DNA from: Candidatus Kaiserbacteria bacterium RIFCSPHIGHO2_01_FULL_53_29
Lineage (GTDB): Bacteria; Patescibacteriota; Minisyncoccia; Phycocordibacterales; UBA2100
Assembly: GCA_001781125.1 (NCBI GenBank)
Contig: MFKT01000021.1
Coordinates: 5,178 to 69,177, forward strand
Length of the DNA stretch: 64,000 nt
Direction: 5' to 3'
A program made the translations under genes and the position numbers. A model generated the notes under the pieces. It worked only from the letters and a program-made list of their open reading frames with translations, searched no databases and was not told the DNA's origin. This document shows positions 25,899 through 35,366 of this stretch, in pieces. The number at the start of each line of letters is the position of its first letter. Position 1 is the stretch's first letter.

Positions 25899-27854
25899 AT
25901 GGCCCGCTCGATCGTCCTTTCCAACGGAGAACTCTGCGTCGCGCTCGACAGATTCGGTGAGGTCCGCGATTTCTACTATCCGCACGTCGGGCTCGAGGAT
26001 CATGTGCGCGGACATTATCTGCATCGAGTCGGCGTGTGGATCGACGGAGTGATGAGTTGGTTCGATGAGGACGCAGTGTGGCAGATCGAGATCGGATGCG
26101 AAGAGGAGGCGCTTGCTTCAAAGATCACGGCGCGTCACCCCACTCTTCAGGTCGAGCTGACGTTCAAAGACATCGTTTACAACGAGCGTTCGATCTTCTT
26201 GCGGCGCGTAAAAGTCTCAAATCTCAGCTCGAGCGTACGCGAGATAAAGCTCTACTTTAGCCAACAGTTCGAGATCTACAAAGCGCACGGTGGAGACACG
26301 GCGTATTACGATCCTGCATCGCATTCGGTCATTCACTACAAGGGTCGTCGGGTTTTTCAGATCAGAGCCGAGCTCGATGGCGAATTATTTTCTGATTATG
26401 CGATCGGCATTGCGAATTTTCATGGGTTACAAGGTTCATTCCGCGATGCCGACGATGGCGCGCTTTCTAAAAATCCGATAGAACACGGACCCGTCGATTC
26501 AATCGTCGGTCTCTATGGCACCTATACGGGGGGTCAATCGCGCGTGTGTCACTACTGGATCGTCGCTGCACAATCGATCGCGCTCGCGCAAGAATTGAAC
26601 GAGTATGTGACGCGAAAGACTCCCGAATATTTGATGCAGATGGCGAGCAACTATTGGGAGTCATGGATGAAGCGGATGGTACCGGATTTTGGTGACCTCA
26701 AGCCGGCGCACATTGCGCTCTACAAGCGCTCGCTCATGCACGCGCGCTCGCATGTCGATCTCGAAGGCGGCATTCTCGCCTCGTGCGATTCCGACATGCT
26801 GCAGTACGGCCTCGATACGTATTCGTATGTGTGGCCGCGCGATGCGGCATATGTGGCTCTCGCGTTTGACATGGCAGGTGAATCGGCTGTGGCGAAGCGA
26901 TTGTTTGAATTCTGCAGCAGCGTCGTGGGTCACGACGGATATCTGATGCACAAATATCTGCCCGATAAGTCGCTCGGGAGTTCGTGGCATCCTTGGATAA
27001 GCGACGGGAAGCTGCAGTTGCCCATCCAAGAAGACGAAACAGCCCTTATCGTATATTCAATGTATCAGCACTACCTTTTGACAGACGACCTCGAACTGGT
27101 CGGGCTCTTGTATGCGCCGGTCGTCGAGAAAGCTGCCAACTTTATGCTGCAGTATCGGGATAAAAACACGAGCCTGCCCGATACATCGTACGATCTATGG
27201 GAAGAGAAGCGCGGTATCTCGACGTTTACTTCCGCTGCGGTGTACGGTGCGCTTGTGGCCGCTGCCGAACTTTCGAAAATTCTGGGAAAAGCAGAAAACG
27301 AAAAGCGCTACCGCGAGGGGTCAGAAGTGATACGCACTGCGATCCTTGCACATCTGTGGGATGGGGGTCAGGGGATATTCGTGAAATTGCTGCGCTCTGA
27401 TGGGAGTTTTGATCCGACGCTCGACGCGTCGAGTGTGTACGGTATTTTCGCGTTCGGCATTCTGCCACCTGAAGATCCGCGGCTCGTGCAGGCATGGGAG
27501 AGGACCGTGCGCGCGCTTTCCTACGGCATTCCGGCCGGAGGACTCGCGCGTTACGAGGGCGATCAATACTATCGCACCGACAAAGAATCGGCTGGAAATC
27601 CCTGGATCATCACGACCTTGTGGTACGCGGAATATCTGATCGCGTGCGCCAAGAAGGTGCAGGACTTGGATCGCGTACGTGAGATTTTTTCGTGGGTCGT
27701 TTTGCATGCGCAGCCCTCTGGTGTCTTATCCGAGCAGCTCGATCCGAAAACGGGGCGGCAAATTTCCGCGACCCCACTTACCTGGAGCCACGCGGCATAT
27801 GTGACAGCGGTCTTGAAGTATCTGAAACGTTCGGTAGAACTCGGTAGCACATGA
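25899..27854 (+). CDS. glycoside hydrolase family 15 (archaeal/bacterial-type glucoamylase or glucodextranase-like)
   Basis: N-terminal beta-sandwich plus (alpha/alpha)6 barrel signatures (YVWPRDAAYVALAF, LWEEKRGISTFT, ITTLWYAEYL). Confidence 0.7.
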   Translation: MARSIVLSNGELCVALDRFGEVRDFYYPHVGLEDHVRGHYLHRVGVWIDGVMSWFDEDAVWQIEIGCEEEALASKITARHPTLQVELTFKDIVYNERSIFLRRVKVSNLSSSVREIKLYFSQQFEIYKAHGGDTAYYDPASHSVIHYKGRRVFQIRAELDGELFSDYAIGIANFHGLQGSFRDADDGALSKNPIEHGPVDSIVGLYGTYTGGQSRVCHYWIVAAQSIALAQELNEYVTRKTPEYLMQMASNYWESWMKRMVPDFGDLKPAHIALYKRSLMHARSHVDLEGGILASCDSDMLQYGLDTYSYVWPRDAAYVALAFDMAGESAVAKRLFEFCSSVVGHDGYLMHKYLPDKSLGSSWHPWISDGKLQLPIQEDETALIVYSMYQHYLLTDDLELVGLLYAPVVEKAANFMLQYRDKNTSLPDTSYDLWEEKRGISTFTSAAVYGALVAAAELSKILGKAENEKRYREGSEVIRTAILAHLWDGGQGIFVKLLRSDGSFDPTLDASSVYGIFAFGILPPEDPRLVQAWERTVRALSYGIPAGGLARYEGDQYYRTDKESAGNPWIITTLWYAEYLIACAKKVQDLDRVREIFSWVVLHAQPSGVLSEQLDPKTGRQISATPLTWSHAAYVTAVLKYLKRSVELGST

Positions 27855-27873
27855 AAATGTTACAATACCACGT

Positions 27874-28461
27874 ATGACATTCGAACCATTCGCGTCGCGC
27901 AGTCACGAAAAAATGAAAGAGGTGCTTATGCATCCGGAGGCGCAGGGGCCAGCCATTCATTACTATATGATCCGCGGCGGCAAGAAAAAGCGGAATATCA
28001 CGGTATGGGAATCGGGCACGGTCGGCGGGGAATACATCAAAACATACGGCCACTACCACGTCGACGATTTGCCAGAGACATACTGGATAGTCGAAGGCGA
28101 GGGACTCGTGCTCCTGCAAAAGTTGGTCACAGAGAACGGAGTGCCGCAGATGGGTCGTGTTGAAGATTTTAAAGTCGTGCCAGTGAAAGCGGGCGATACG
28201 GTAAAAATTCCGGGAAACTGCGGTCATTTGGCGATCAATACGGGAAAGACCTGGTTCGTAACTTTCGACGATAGTCCAGTTGCCACCGATGACTCCGCTT
28301 CAATGCCGGTGCACGCGGATTATGAGATGGTCAAAAAGATGCGTGGCTTCGCGTACTATGTGATCGAGAAAAACGGTACACCGACTCTGGTGCGCAATAC
28401 GCTCTACACAGAGGTGCAGAAAACTGATTTCGGCGGCATTGAAGTAGTAGATAGCCATTAG
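27874..28461 (+). CDS. cupin-type glucose-6-phosphate isomerase (archaeal cPGI type)
   Basis: TYGHYH...ETYWIVEGEGLVLLQ and KAGDTVKIPGNCGHLAINTG match the Pyrococcus cPGI metal-binding cupin motifs (TKGHFH...EVYVALKGKGGMLLQ; GTVVYVPPYWAHRTVNIG). Confidence 0.65.
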   Translation: MTFEPFASRSHEKMKEVLMHPEAQGPAIHYYMIRGGKKKRNITVWESGTVGGEYIKTYGHYHVDDLPETYWIVEGEGLVLLQKLVTENGVPQMGRVEDFKVVPVKAGDTVKIPGNCGHLAINTGKTWFVTFDDSPVATDDSASMPVHADYEMVKKMRGFAYYVIEKNGTPTLVRNTLYTEVQKTDFGGIEVVDSH

Positions 28462-28538
28462 CCACTAGCCATTAGGAAAATGCAATTAGTACAGCATTCC
28501 CGGGTTATTCTAGTGGCTAACCTCTAGTGGCTAATTAC
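28452..28538. repeat. composite inverted/direct repeat filling the whole cPGI-ROK intergenic region
   Basis: TAGCCATTAG x2 and TTAGCCACTAG on the left; two copies of the reverse complement CTAGTGGCTAA on the right. Begins at the cPGI stop codon and ends 2 nt before the ROK ATG. Confidence 0.45.
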
Positions 28539-28539
28539 T

Positions 28540-29409
28540 ATGTTTATCGTTGCTGACATTGGAGGAACGAAAATGCGCATCGCAGGGAGCCGCGATCTCC
28601 TGACATTCAAAGAACCGGTGATCCTCGATACTCCGCATAACTATGGTGTGGGGGTGGAGCTCGTGCGCGATACGATTATGCACATCGCAGGAAAGGAGGC
28701 GATCGAAGCGCTCGCAGCGGGTGTTCCGGGCGCCTTATCGGATGATAAACGCACGCTGCAGGGAGCGCGGCATCTTCCGCTCTGGAAAGAGCATGACCTT
28801 GCGGGGGACCTCGAAAAGGCGCTTTCCACGCACGTTCATCTTGAGAACGATACCGCGCAAGTGGGTTTGGGCGAGGCTGTATTTGGCGCGGGGAAGGGTG
28901 TTGCTGTCGTCGTATACATTACGGTTTCCACGGGAGTGAATGGCGTGCGCATCATCGATGGCGTTATCGATCGCGGTCGCTCCGAAATTGGCGGGCAATA
29001 CCTGCAGGTGGGTGATTCGCCACGCTCGCTCGAAGACATGATCTCCGGGAGCGCCATTTCCGAAAAATACGGCGTGCATCCCAGGGAAATAGAGAAAGAC
29101 TCACCGGTGTGGGAAGAACTCGCTCGGATAACCGCCTTTGGCGTACACAACACCATACTTCACTGGTCACCGGACGTTGTTATTCTCGGAGGCTCGATGT
29201 TCAATGAGATCGGAATTTCGGTCGAGCGAGTGCGCGCGCATGTCGAGGAGATCATGCGAAAGTTCCCGACGGTGCCCGAGATCGTGCACGGGGCACTCAC
29301 CGATCGTGGTGGGCTCTGGGGCGGCTTGGCCCGCCTTCGCCAAGCTCTCCCCCACGCTAAAGTTTCGGCGGGGCAAGTCGGCGATGTAAAACCCGTCTCA
29401 AACAGTTGA
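28540..29409 (+). CDS. ROK-family sugar kinase (glucokinase-like; no HTH)
   Basis: N-terminal FIVADIGGTKMRIA ROK motif. Length and absence of an HTH suggest a kinase, not a repressor. Confidence 0.7.
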   Translation: MFIVADIGGTKMRIAGSRDLLTFKEPVILDTPHNYGVGVELVRDTIMHIAGKEAIEALAAGVPGALSDDKRTLQGARHLPLWKEHDLAGDLEKALSTHVHLENDTAQVGLGEAVFGAGKGVAVVVYITVSTGVNGVRIIDGVIDRGRSEIGGQYLQVGDSPRSLEDMISGSAISEKYGVHPREIEKDSPVWEELARITAFGVHNTILHWSPDVVILGGSMFNEIGISVERVRAHVEEIMRKFPTVPEIVHGALTDRGGLWGGLARLRQALPHAKVSAGQVGDVKPVSNS

Positions 29410-30006
29410 ATTAGGAGCTTTACGCTCCTTCCAAATTTGCCGGACAAGTGGAATGCAGGTCACGATGATGATAAGGATGACAATGGGCGTGAGGTAGGTT
29501 TGCACGGCGGGCACTTTTTCTCCCAAATAGTAGCCTATAAAGGTGACGCCCGAAGCCCAGAGGAGTGCACCGATAATGTTGTACATGACGAACGTGCGGT
29601 AGCGCATCCGTACGACCCCTGCGACGATGGGTGCAAAGGTGCGCACTATTGGGACGAAACGCGCGAGCACTATCGCAAGAACGCCGTGCCGATCGTAGAA
29701 TACTTTCGCGCGCTCCAGATGTTCGTGGTGAAAGAATCTCGAATCGGGGCGAAGAAAGAGCCGGACGCCAACCTTGGCGCCAAACCAATACCCAACGTTG
29801 TCGCCTAGGATTGCCGCGACGGTGAGAAGGGGAATAAGTATCCATATATTGAAAAATCCTTGCGATGCGAGAAGTCCCGCAGTGAAGAGCATTGATGCGC
29901 CGGGTAGAAAAAAACCGAAAAACACTCCCGACTCGAGAAATACCACCGCAAACATTCCCGGATATCCCACGAGTTGGATGAAATCAACGAGGTTGAAGAG
30001 GTGCAT
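29398..30006 (-). CDS. DedA/VTT-family membrane protein
   Basis: VLARFVPIVRTFAPIVAGVVRMRY DedA signature; multiple TM segments. Confidence 0.6.
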   Translation of the reverse strand: MHLFNLVDFIQLVGYPGMFAVVFLESGVFFGFFLPGASMLFTAGLLASQGFFNIWILIPLLTVAAILGDNVGYWFGAKVGVRLFLRPDSRFFHHEHLERAKVFYDRHGVLAIVLARFVPIVRTFAPIVAGVVRMRYRTFVMYNIIGALLWASGVTFIGYYLGEKVPAVQTYLTPIVILIIIVTCIPLVRQIWKERKAPNSTV

Positions 30007-30012
30007 CGGGTA

Positions 30013-31311
30013 CTAGACGAAGGATTCGGGAATAGGGAATTTCTTGCAGAGCGTACGGATCTCTTCGCGGATCGCGCTAAGTTTCTTCTCTTCGCTTTTG
30101 TTTTGCATCGCCTCTATCATCAACTCTGCGACGCGCGCGCTCTCTTTTTCGGTAAATTTGCGCGTCGTGATGGCTGGCGTGCCGAATCGGATACCGGATG
30201 GGTCAAAGGGCTTGCGCGTGTCGTCTGCGATCGCGTTCTTGTTAAGTGTGATGCCGACCTTGTCGAGTGTCCCCTCCGCATCCTTACCGCCGAGCGAGAG
30301 GGAAGACCATACATCAGCGAGGACTAGATGGTTGTCTGTCCCTCCGGCGATGAGCCGTATGTTCGCGTCTTGAAACACCTTTGCCATTGCTCTCGCGTTC
30401 TTTACGATCTGCGCGGCATACCCTTTGAAGGGGGGCTGCATCGCCTCGCCAAGAGCGATCGCTTTTGCAGCGATGTTGTTCATGTGTGGGCCACCCTGCA
30501 GACCCGGGAAGACGCTTCTGTCGATGAGCGTGGGCAGATTCTCTACCGTCTTTTCAGGCGCTTTCAGAGGACTCGACACAATGCCTTTGGAGAGGATCAT
30601 ACCGCCGCGCGGGCCGCGGAGGGTCTTGTGAGTCGTCGTCGTGACTATCTGGAATCCATAATCGAATGGATTTTTCGCGACACCGCCGGCGATAAGCCCC
30701 GCGATGTGCGCAACGTCGGCCATCGCGACGGCCCCGACCTCTTTCGCGATGTCGGAGATCTTCTGCCAATCCAATTCGCGCGGATAGCCGGAGAATCCTC
30801 CGAGTATTATCTTTGGTTTTTCTTTCTTTGCGATCTCGCGCATTTCATCATAGTCGATCTCTCCTGTCTCGATATTCTTCATTTTGTAGCGGATGAAGCG
30901 ATACAGTTTGGCCATATAGGTGACAGGCGCACCATGCGTAAGGTGGCCACCATGCCCCAGATCCATACCGAGGACAGTGTCGCCCGGGTCGAGCCAGGCA
31001 AAATACGCCCCAATGTTGGCGTTTGCGCCACCCAAAGGCTGGACGTTCGCATGGTCACAACCAAAAATCTTTTTCGCGCGGTCGATTGCGAGCTGCTCCA
31101 CCTTGTCGGTGAATTCCTGCCCACCGTAATAGCGCTTGCCGGGGTAGCCTTCTGAATATTTGTTGGTGAGGCACGAGCCGTTGGCCTCGCGCACGGCCTT
31201 TGAGACGTAATTTTCCGACGGTATCAATTCGAGGCCTTCGGCTTCACGCTGCTCTTCTCCTTCAAGGGCTGCGAATACTTCATTGTCTTGTTTGCGCACG
31301 TAGTCGTACAT
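30013..31311 (-). CDS. glyA: serine hydroxymethyltransferase
   Basis: PLP-lysine motif TTTTHKTLRGPRGGMI; full-length SHMT. Confidence 0.9.
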   Translation of the reverse strand: MYDYVRKQDNEVFAALEGEEQREAEGLELIPSENYVSKAVREANGSCLTNKYSEGYPGKRYYGGQEFTDKVEQLAIDRAKKIFGCDHANVQPLGGANANIGAYFAWLDPGDTVLGMDLGHGGHLTHGAPVTYMAKLYRFIRYKMKNIETGEIDYDEMREIAKKEKPKIILGGFSGYPRELDWQKISDIAKEVGAVAMADVAHIAGLIAGGVAKNPFDYGFQIVTTTTHKTLRGPRGGMILSKGIVSSPLKAPEKTVENLPTLIDRSVFPGLQGGPHMNNIAAKAIALGEAMQPPFKGYAAQIVKNARAMAKVFQDANIRLIAGGTDNHLVLADVWSSLSLGGKDAEGTLDKVGITLNKNAIADDTRKPFDPSGIRFGTPAITTRKFTEKESARVAELMIEAMQNKSEEKKLSAIREEIRTLCKKFPIPESFV

Positions 31312-31369
31312 ACCTTATTTTGGAATAGGCGAATAAAGGATATGCAGCGAAACTAAATCATAGGCGTAT

Positions 31370-31984
31370 TTAGAACATTGATTGTACCGCCTCCTCGATG
31401 TTGTGCCAAACCTCCTCGATCGGCCTGTCGGCATCAATGATGAATGGCTTCCCGTATTCGCTCAAATGCTTTTTGTACCCTTCCCGCACGCGTTCGTGGA
31501 AGGCCACCGCTTCTTCGTCAAAACGATTCGGAGCTTCGAGGCGCGCGTGCGCACGCGCAAGACCGACTTCGGGCGACACGTCGAGAAAGATCGTAACGTC
31601 GGGTACGCACCCACGATTCACCGCCGCAAACACACTTTTGACGAGCGGAAGATATTCTCGTTTTTGTCGCCCGTACACTTGATAGGCGATGGTGGAAAGG
31701 ATGTAGCGGTCGCAGATGACCATTTTGCCATTCTCGAGCGCGGGTGCGATGAGCTCGGCTATGAGCTGCGTGCGCGCGGCCATGAAAAGGAGGAGCTCGG
31801 TCGCAGTATCAATACCACGCGCCTCTTTAGAGAGCACCATGCGGCGGATATCCTCGCCGGTCTCGACACCTCCCGGATCGCGCGTGAAAACAGTGCCCTT
31901 CGGGAGCATCTCCCGCAGCCGCCCCATCTGCACCGATTTTCCCGACCCCTCGCCGCCTTCAAGTACGATGAACTTCCCACGCAT
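31370..31984 (-). CDS. tmk: thymidylate kinase
   Basis: FIVLEGGEGSGKS P-loop, DRY motif and lid region. Start taken at MRGKFIVLEG, 4 nt after the dCMP deaminase stop. Confidence 0.8.
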   Translation of the reverse strand: MRGKFIVLEGGEGSGKSVQMGRLREMLPKGTVFTRDPGGVETGEDIRRMVLSKEARGIDTATELLLFMAARTQLIAELIAPALENGKMVICDRYILSTIAYQVYGRQKREYLPLVKSVFAAVNRGCVPDVTIFLDVSPEVGLARAHARLEAPNRFDEEAVAFHERVREGYKKHLSEYGKPFIIDADRPIEEVWHNIEEAVQSMF

Positions 31985-31988
31985 ACCG

Positions 31989-32483
31989 CTATTGTACATC
32001 CGCAAACTGCCGGCCGATAACGTTCTCCGGATGCGCTTTGTTGAAGAGCTTTTCGCTGCCTTCAAGGAGATAGACGTCCTTAATGCTCGCCGCGATCATG
32101 GCTGTCCAACACGGCTCGCAGCACCACCAGTGGCCCCAGAGGTAGAGGTCGGCGCCGCGCGAGTCGTGTCCGTTTTTTCGTGCGTCGGCAATGGCCCGCG
32201 GTTCGGAGTGATTTTTTGGGTGACAGCCTTCGCACAATTCATACCCCTGTCCTGTCGGTATCCCGCGCTTCACGCGCTCGCACTCGTGTGTTTTGTGATA
32301 CTCGCTCCCGTTTGCCCCGCGGCCGATCACTTTGCCGTCCTTGACGACCAGCGCCCCCGTCGGCTGATGCTTGTCGATCGAATGCTCTTTTGCATATGCC
32401 TTTGCCTCCTGCATAGAGGAATTGTCCATCTCTACATAGAGTATCGAATGATCTTCAGGGAAGTAGGGATACTGGATATTCAT
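31989..32483 (-). CDS. dCMP (deoxycytidylate) deaminase-type zinc deaminase
   Basis: HSEPRAI (HAE-type) and CEPC zinc motifs. Confidence 0.6.
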   Translation of the reverse strand: MNIQYPYFPEDHSILYVEMDNSSMQEAKAYAKEHSIDKHQPTGALVVKDGKVIGRGANGSEYHKTHECERVKRGIPTGQGYELCEGCHPKNHSEPRAIADARKNGHDSRGADLYLWGHWWCCEPCWTAMIAASIKDVYLLEGSEKLFNKAHPENVIGRQFADVQ

Positions 32484-32535
32484 CGGATTAATCTACCACG
32501 TTTGCGGGGCTTCTCGTGGCGCGTACAATGCGCCC

Positions 32536-33372
32536 ATGAACGTCTTTGACTCCACGTATCAGGGAATACTCCGGCGGATAATGGACGAAGGTGAAGTGGA
32601 TGCGAACAGGCGCACGGGGCACGAAGTGCGCGCGATTCCGGGGATGCATTTCTCGCACGACATCGAGAAAGAAGGATTCCCACTTCTCACGCTGCGCAAG
32701 ATTCCCGTCAAAATGTTCGTCGCCGAGCAAATATGGTTTATCTCCGGCGCGCGCAAGCCCGCGGATTTCTTGCGCGACTACACCAAAATCTGGGACAGCT
32801 TCACCAATCCCGCCGATGTGGTGACGGTCGCATACGGCTATCGCTGGCGCAAACATTTCGGCCGCGACCAGCTCGGAGCTCTTGTCGAACTCCTGAAAAA
32901 AGACCCAAGCTCGCGGCACGCGGTCATTGTTACGTGGGATCCAGCAAGCGATGGGCTCGGCGGGACGAAGAAGGCCAATGTGCCATGTCCATACACTTTT
33001 ACGGTCAACATTATTGGCGGGCGGTTGCACCTTCACAACATGGTGCGTTCCAACGACATGGTGCTCGGGTTTCCCTCCGATGTCGCGGGCTTCGCATTAC
33101 TGCAAACCATACTTGCGCAGAAGCTTGGCGTCGGTGTGGGCGTCTACTCCCACTCGATCTCCAATGCGCACGTGTACGACAATCAATACGATGCAGTCAG
33201 CGAGATGTTGAATCGTACCAATGAGCACGCACCCATCCACCTCGAGCTTCCCAAAAATGTATTCGACCGCTCCGAGAAGAAAGATAAGAGGTTGGTAGAC
33301 GAGATTGCTGACCCAATTACGGCGCAATACCAGCCGCTGCCCGCCATTACAGGACTCCAAATTGTGCTATAA
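32536..33372 (+). CDS. thyA: thymidylate synthase ThyA
   Basis: RHAVIVTWDP, PCPYTFTV (PCH-type), NMVRSNDMVLGFPSDVAGFALL. Confidence 0.85.
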   Translation: MNVFDSTYQGILRRIMDEGEVDANRRTGHEVRAIPGMHFSHDIEKEGFPLLTLRKIPVKMFVAEQIWFISGARKPADFLRDYTKIWDSFTNPADVVTVAYGYRWRKHFGRDQLGALVELLKKDPSSRHAVIVTWDPASDGLGGTKKANVPCPYTFTVNIIGGRLHLHNMVRSNDMVLGFPSDVAGFALLQTILAQKLGVGVGVYSHSISNAHVYDNQYDAVSEMLNRTNEHAPIHLELPKNVFDRSEKKDKRLVDEIADPITAQYQPLPAITGLQIVL

Positions 33373-33381
33373 ATACAGGCC

Positions 33382-34014
33382 ATGTCCATTCTTACCAAAA
33401 AGGAAATTCTCGCGCGGGTAAAGAAGGGGAACATTGTCTTTCATCCGGGTCTCGATAGATTCCAATTGCAGACGCATGCAGTAGACCTCCGACTTGGCTT
33501 TACATTCCTCATCCCGAAATCCTGGAAAATGACGCCGAAGGGCAGGCAAGCGCTTTCGATAGACCCTCTCCGTGATCATGGACCCGAATACTTCGATGTG
33601 ATAGAGCTCGAACAAGGCCAGTCCTTCGACCTTCTGCCGCAAGAGTATGTCCTCGTCTCCACATTCGAGACGATAAAAGTGCCCAACGACCTTATGGCTG
33701 TCTTGTATCCGCGTTCATCAGTCAATCGCAAAGGGCTTTCGGTAGACTTGACCGGTATCATTGATAGCGGCTACGAGGGCCCGCTCACACTTCCCATTCG
33801 CAACAACACACGCTCACAGACCATCCAGCTCCATCCGGGCGAGCGATTTTGCCAGCTTGTTTTCGAAGAACTCAAACACAAAGTAGAACCCAAGAAATCC
33901 CGCTGGCATCAAAAGGACGTGGTGGATAAGGGCAAAAAAGAAAAAGCGGCCGAAATGAAACTCGTCTTTAGCGGCGACCTCAAAAAATTAAAAACCGACT
34001 TCTCTGCTCACTAA
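33382..34014 (+). CDS. dcd: dCTP deaminase (dUTPase-fold)
   Basis: MSILTKKEILARVKKGNIVFHPGLD...VDLRLG dCTP deaminase N-terminus. Confidence 0.8.
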   Translation: MSILTKKEILARVKKGNIVFHPGLDRFQLQTHAVDLRLGFTFLIPKSWKMTPKGRQALSIDPLRDHGPEYFDVIELEQGQSFDLLPQEYVLVSTFETIKVPNDLMAVLYPRSSVNRKGLSVDLTGIIDSGYEGPLTLPIRNNTRSQTIQLHPGERFCQLVFEELKHKVEPKKSRWHQKDVVDKGKKEKAAEMKLVFSGDLKKLKTDFSAH

Positions 34015-34036
34015 CGATGAGATGACATCTCATCGT
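34014..34036. repeat. REP-like palindrome (REP2, left flank of RAYT2)
   Basis: Perfect palindrome ACGATGAGATG-A-CATCTCATCGT starting at the dcd stop codon. Confidence 0.55.
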
Positions 34037-34050
34037 GGTACACTTGGGAC

Positions 34051-34728
34051 ATGGCAAATCGGCCTCCTTTTGAGTTAGGCGAGTGGTATCACTGTTTCAG
34101 CCGCGGTGTCGAGAAAAGAAAGGTATTTGAGAACGAGCTAGACGCAAATCGTTTTCTCATGCTTCTGTACTTAGCGAATGGAACAAAGCCCATACAGATT
34201 TTTAATACATACAAACCGGAACTTTCAAAAGCACTCAAAACTGATCGGGGAACTCCGATTGTTGCGGTTAGTGCGTATTGTCTGATGCCCAATCATTTTC
34301 ATTTGCTATTAAAAGAAGTCGTTGAGGGCGGCATTTCATCGTTTATGAGGAAGTTAGGAATTGCATACACAATGTATTTTAACGAAAAGAATGAACGTGT
34401 AGGGAATCTGTTTGTAAAACCCTTCCGGTCGCGGCGGATTGGTACCGATCGTTATTTCCAACGCGTTCTTCAATACATTCACTGCAATCCAGCTGAATTA
34501 TACGAGCCAGCTTGGAAATCTGGATCAGTGCGAAATATTCGCACACTGGAGAAGAAACTTGTTGATTATCCCTACTCAAGCCTCCGAAATTATTCATTGC
34601 CAAAGAGCAATAACAGGATTCTTTCAAAAGATGGATTTGATGTTGCCGATCATCCTTCGGCCGCCAGAATGATTGAAGATGCTCGATCCTATTATGCGGA
34701 CATTGCAGAAGACAGATTCGAGCGCTAG
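34051..34728 (+). CDS. IS200-like Y1 HUH transposase, RAYT type (paralogue of 14067..14759)
   Basis: LMPNHFHLLLKE HuH motif; YTMYFNEKNERVGNLFVKPFRSRRI Tyr region. Flanked by REP2 palindromes. Confidence 0.7.
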   Translation: MANRPPFELGEWYHCFSRGVEKRKVFENELDANRFLMLLYLANGTKPIQIFNTYKPELSKALKTDRGTPIVAVSAYCLMPNHFHLLLKEVVEGGISSFMRKLGIAYTMYFNEKNERVGNLFVKPFRSRRIGTDRYFQRVLQYIHCNPAELYEPAWKSGSVRNIRTLEKKLVDYPYSSLRNYSLPKSNNRILSKDGFDVADHPSAARMIEDARSYYADIAEDRFER

Positions 34729-34729
34729 T

Positions 34730-34754
34730 CACGATGAGATAACATCTCATCGTG
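34730..34754. repeat. REP-like palindrome (REP2, right flank of RAYT2)
   Basis: CACGATGAGAT-AA-CATCTCATCGTG. Confidence 0.55.
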
Positions 34755-34780
34755 TTCTCCAATATTGGTATAGTCCTGTA

Positions 34781-35293
34781 ATGACTAAGCCGGTAATAGC
34801 CGCGGTCGTGGCGATAGGGAAGAACCGCGAGCTTGGAAAGGCGGGCAAGCTTCTGTGGCACATTCCGGATGATTTAAAGCGATTTAAGGAGCTGACGCTC
34901 GGGCACCCCATCATCATGGGTCGCAAGACATTTGAATCAATCCTCGGCTATACCCAGGGCAAGCCGCTGCCGGAGCGAACGAACATAGTCGTTACCCGTC
35001 ATAACGACTTCGTAAGTCGTTATGACAATGTTGTTATTGCGCATTCGTTGGAGGAGGGGATAGAAAAAGCCAAGGCATTGGACAATGTGGAAATCCATAT
35101 CGGCGGGGGAGCGGAGATCTACGAACAAGCCCTCGCTAGAATAGACAAGCTCTACCTGACTCTCATTGATGCGGAAGGTGAAGCCGATTCGTTTTTCCCC
35201 GCGTACGAAACCGAATTCACCAAAAAAGTATTTGAAGAAGAGCACGAGTGGAACGGCATCAAGTACCGCTTCGTAGATTTGGAGCGGCCATAA
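34781..35293 (+). CDS. folA: dihydrofolate reductase
   Basis: VIAAVVAIGKNRELGKAGKLLWHIPDDLKRFKELTLGHPIIMGRKTFESI. The track ORF start 34673 lies within REP2; ATG 34781 gives a typical DHFR N-terminus. Confidence 0.75.
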   Translation: MTKPVIAAVVAIGKNRELGKAGKLLWHIPDDLKRFKELTLGHPIIMGRKTFESILGYTQGKPLPERTNIVVTRHNDFVSRYDNVVIAHSLEEGIEKAKALDNVEIHIGGGAEIYEQALARIDKLYLTLIDAEGEADSFFPAYETEFTKKVFEEEHEWNGIKYRFVDLERP

Positions 35294-35366
35294 AAGAAAG
35301 GAACCCCGAGCCATCGCACTGCGCGACGACAAGAGGTTCCTAAAGGTGTGCGGGAGTGCCATTCGT

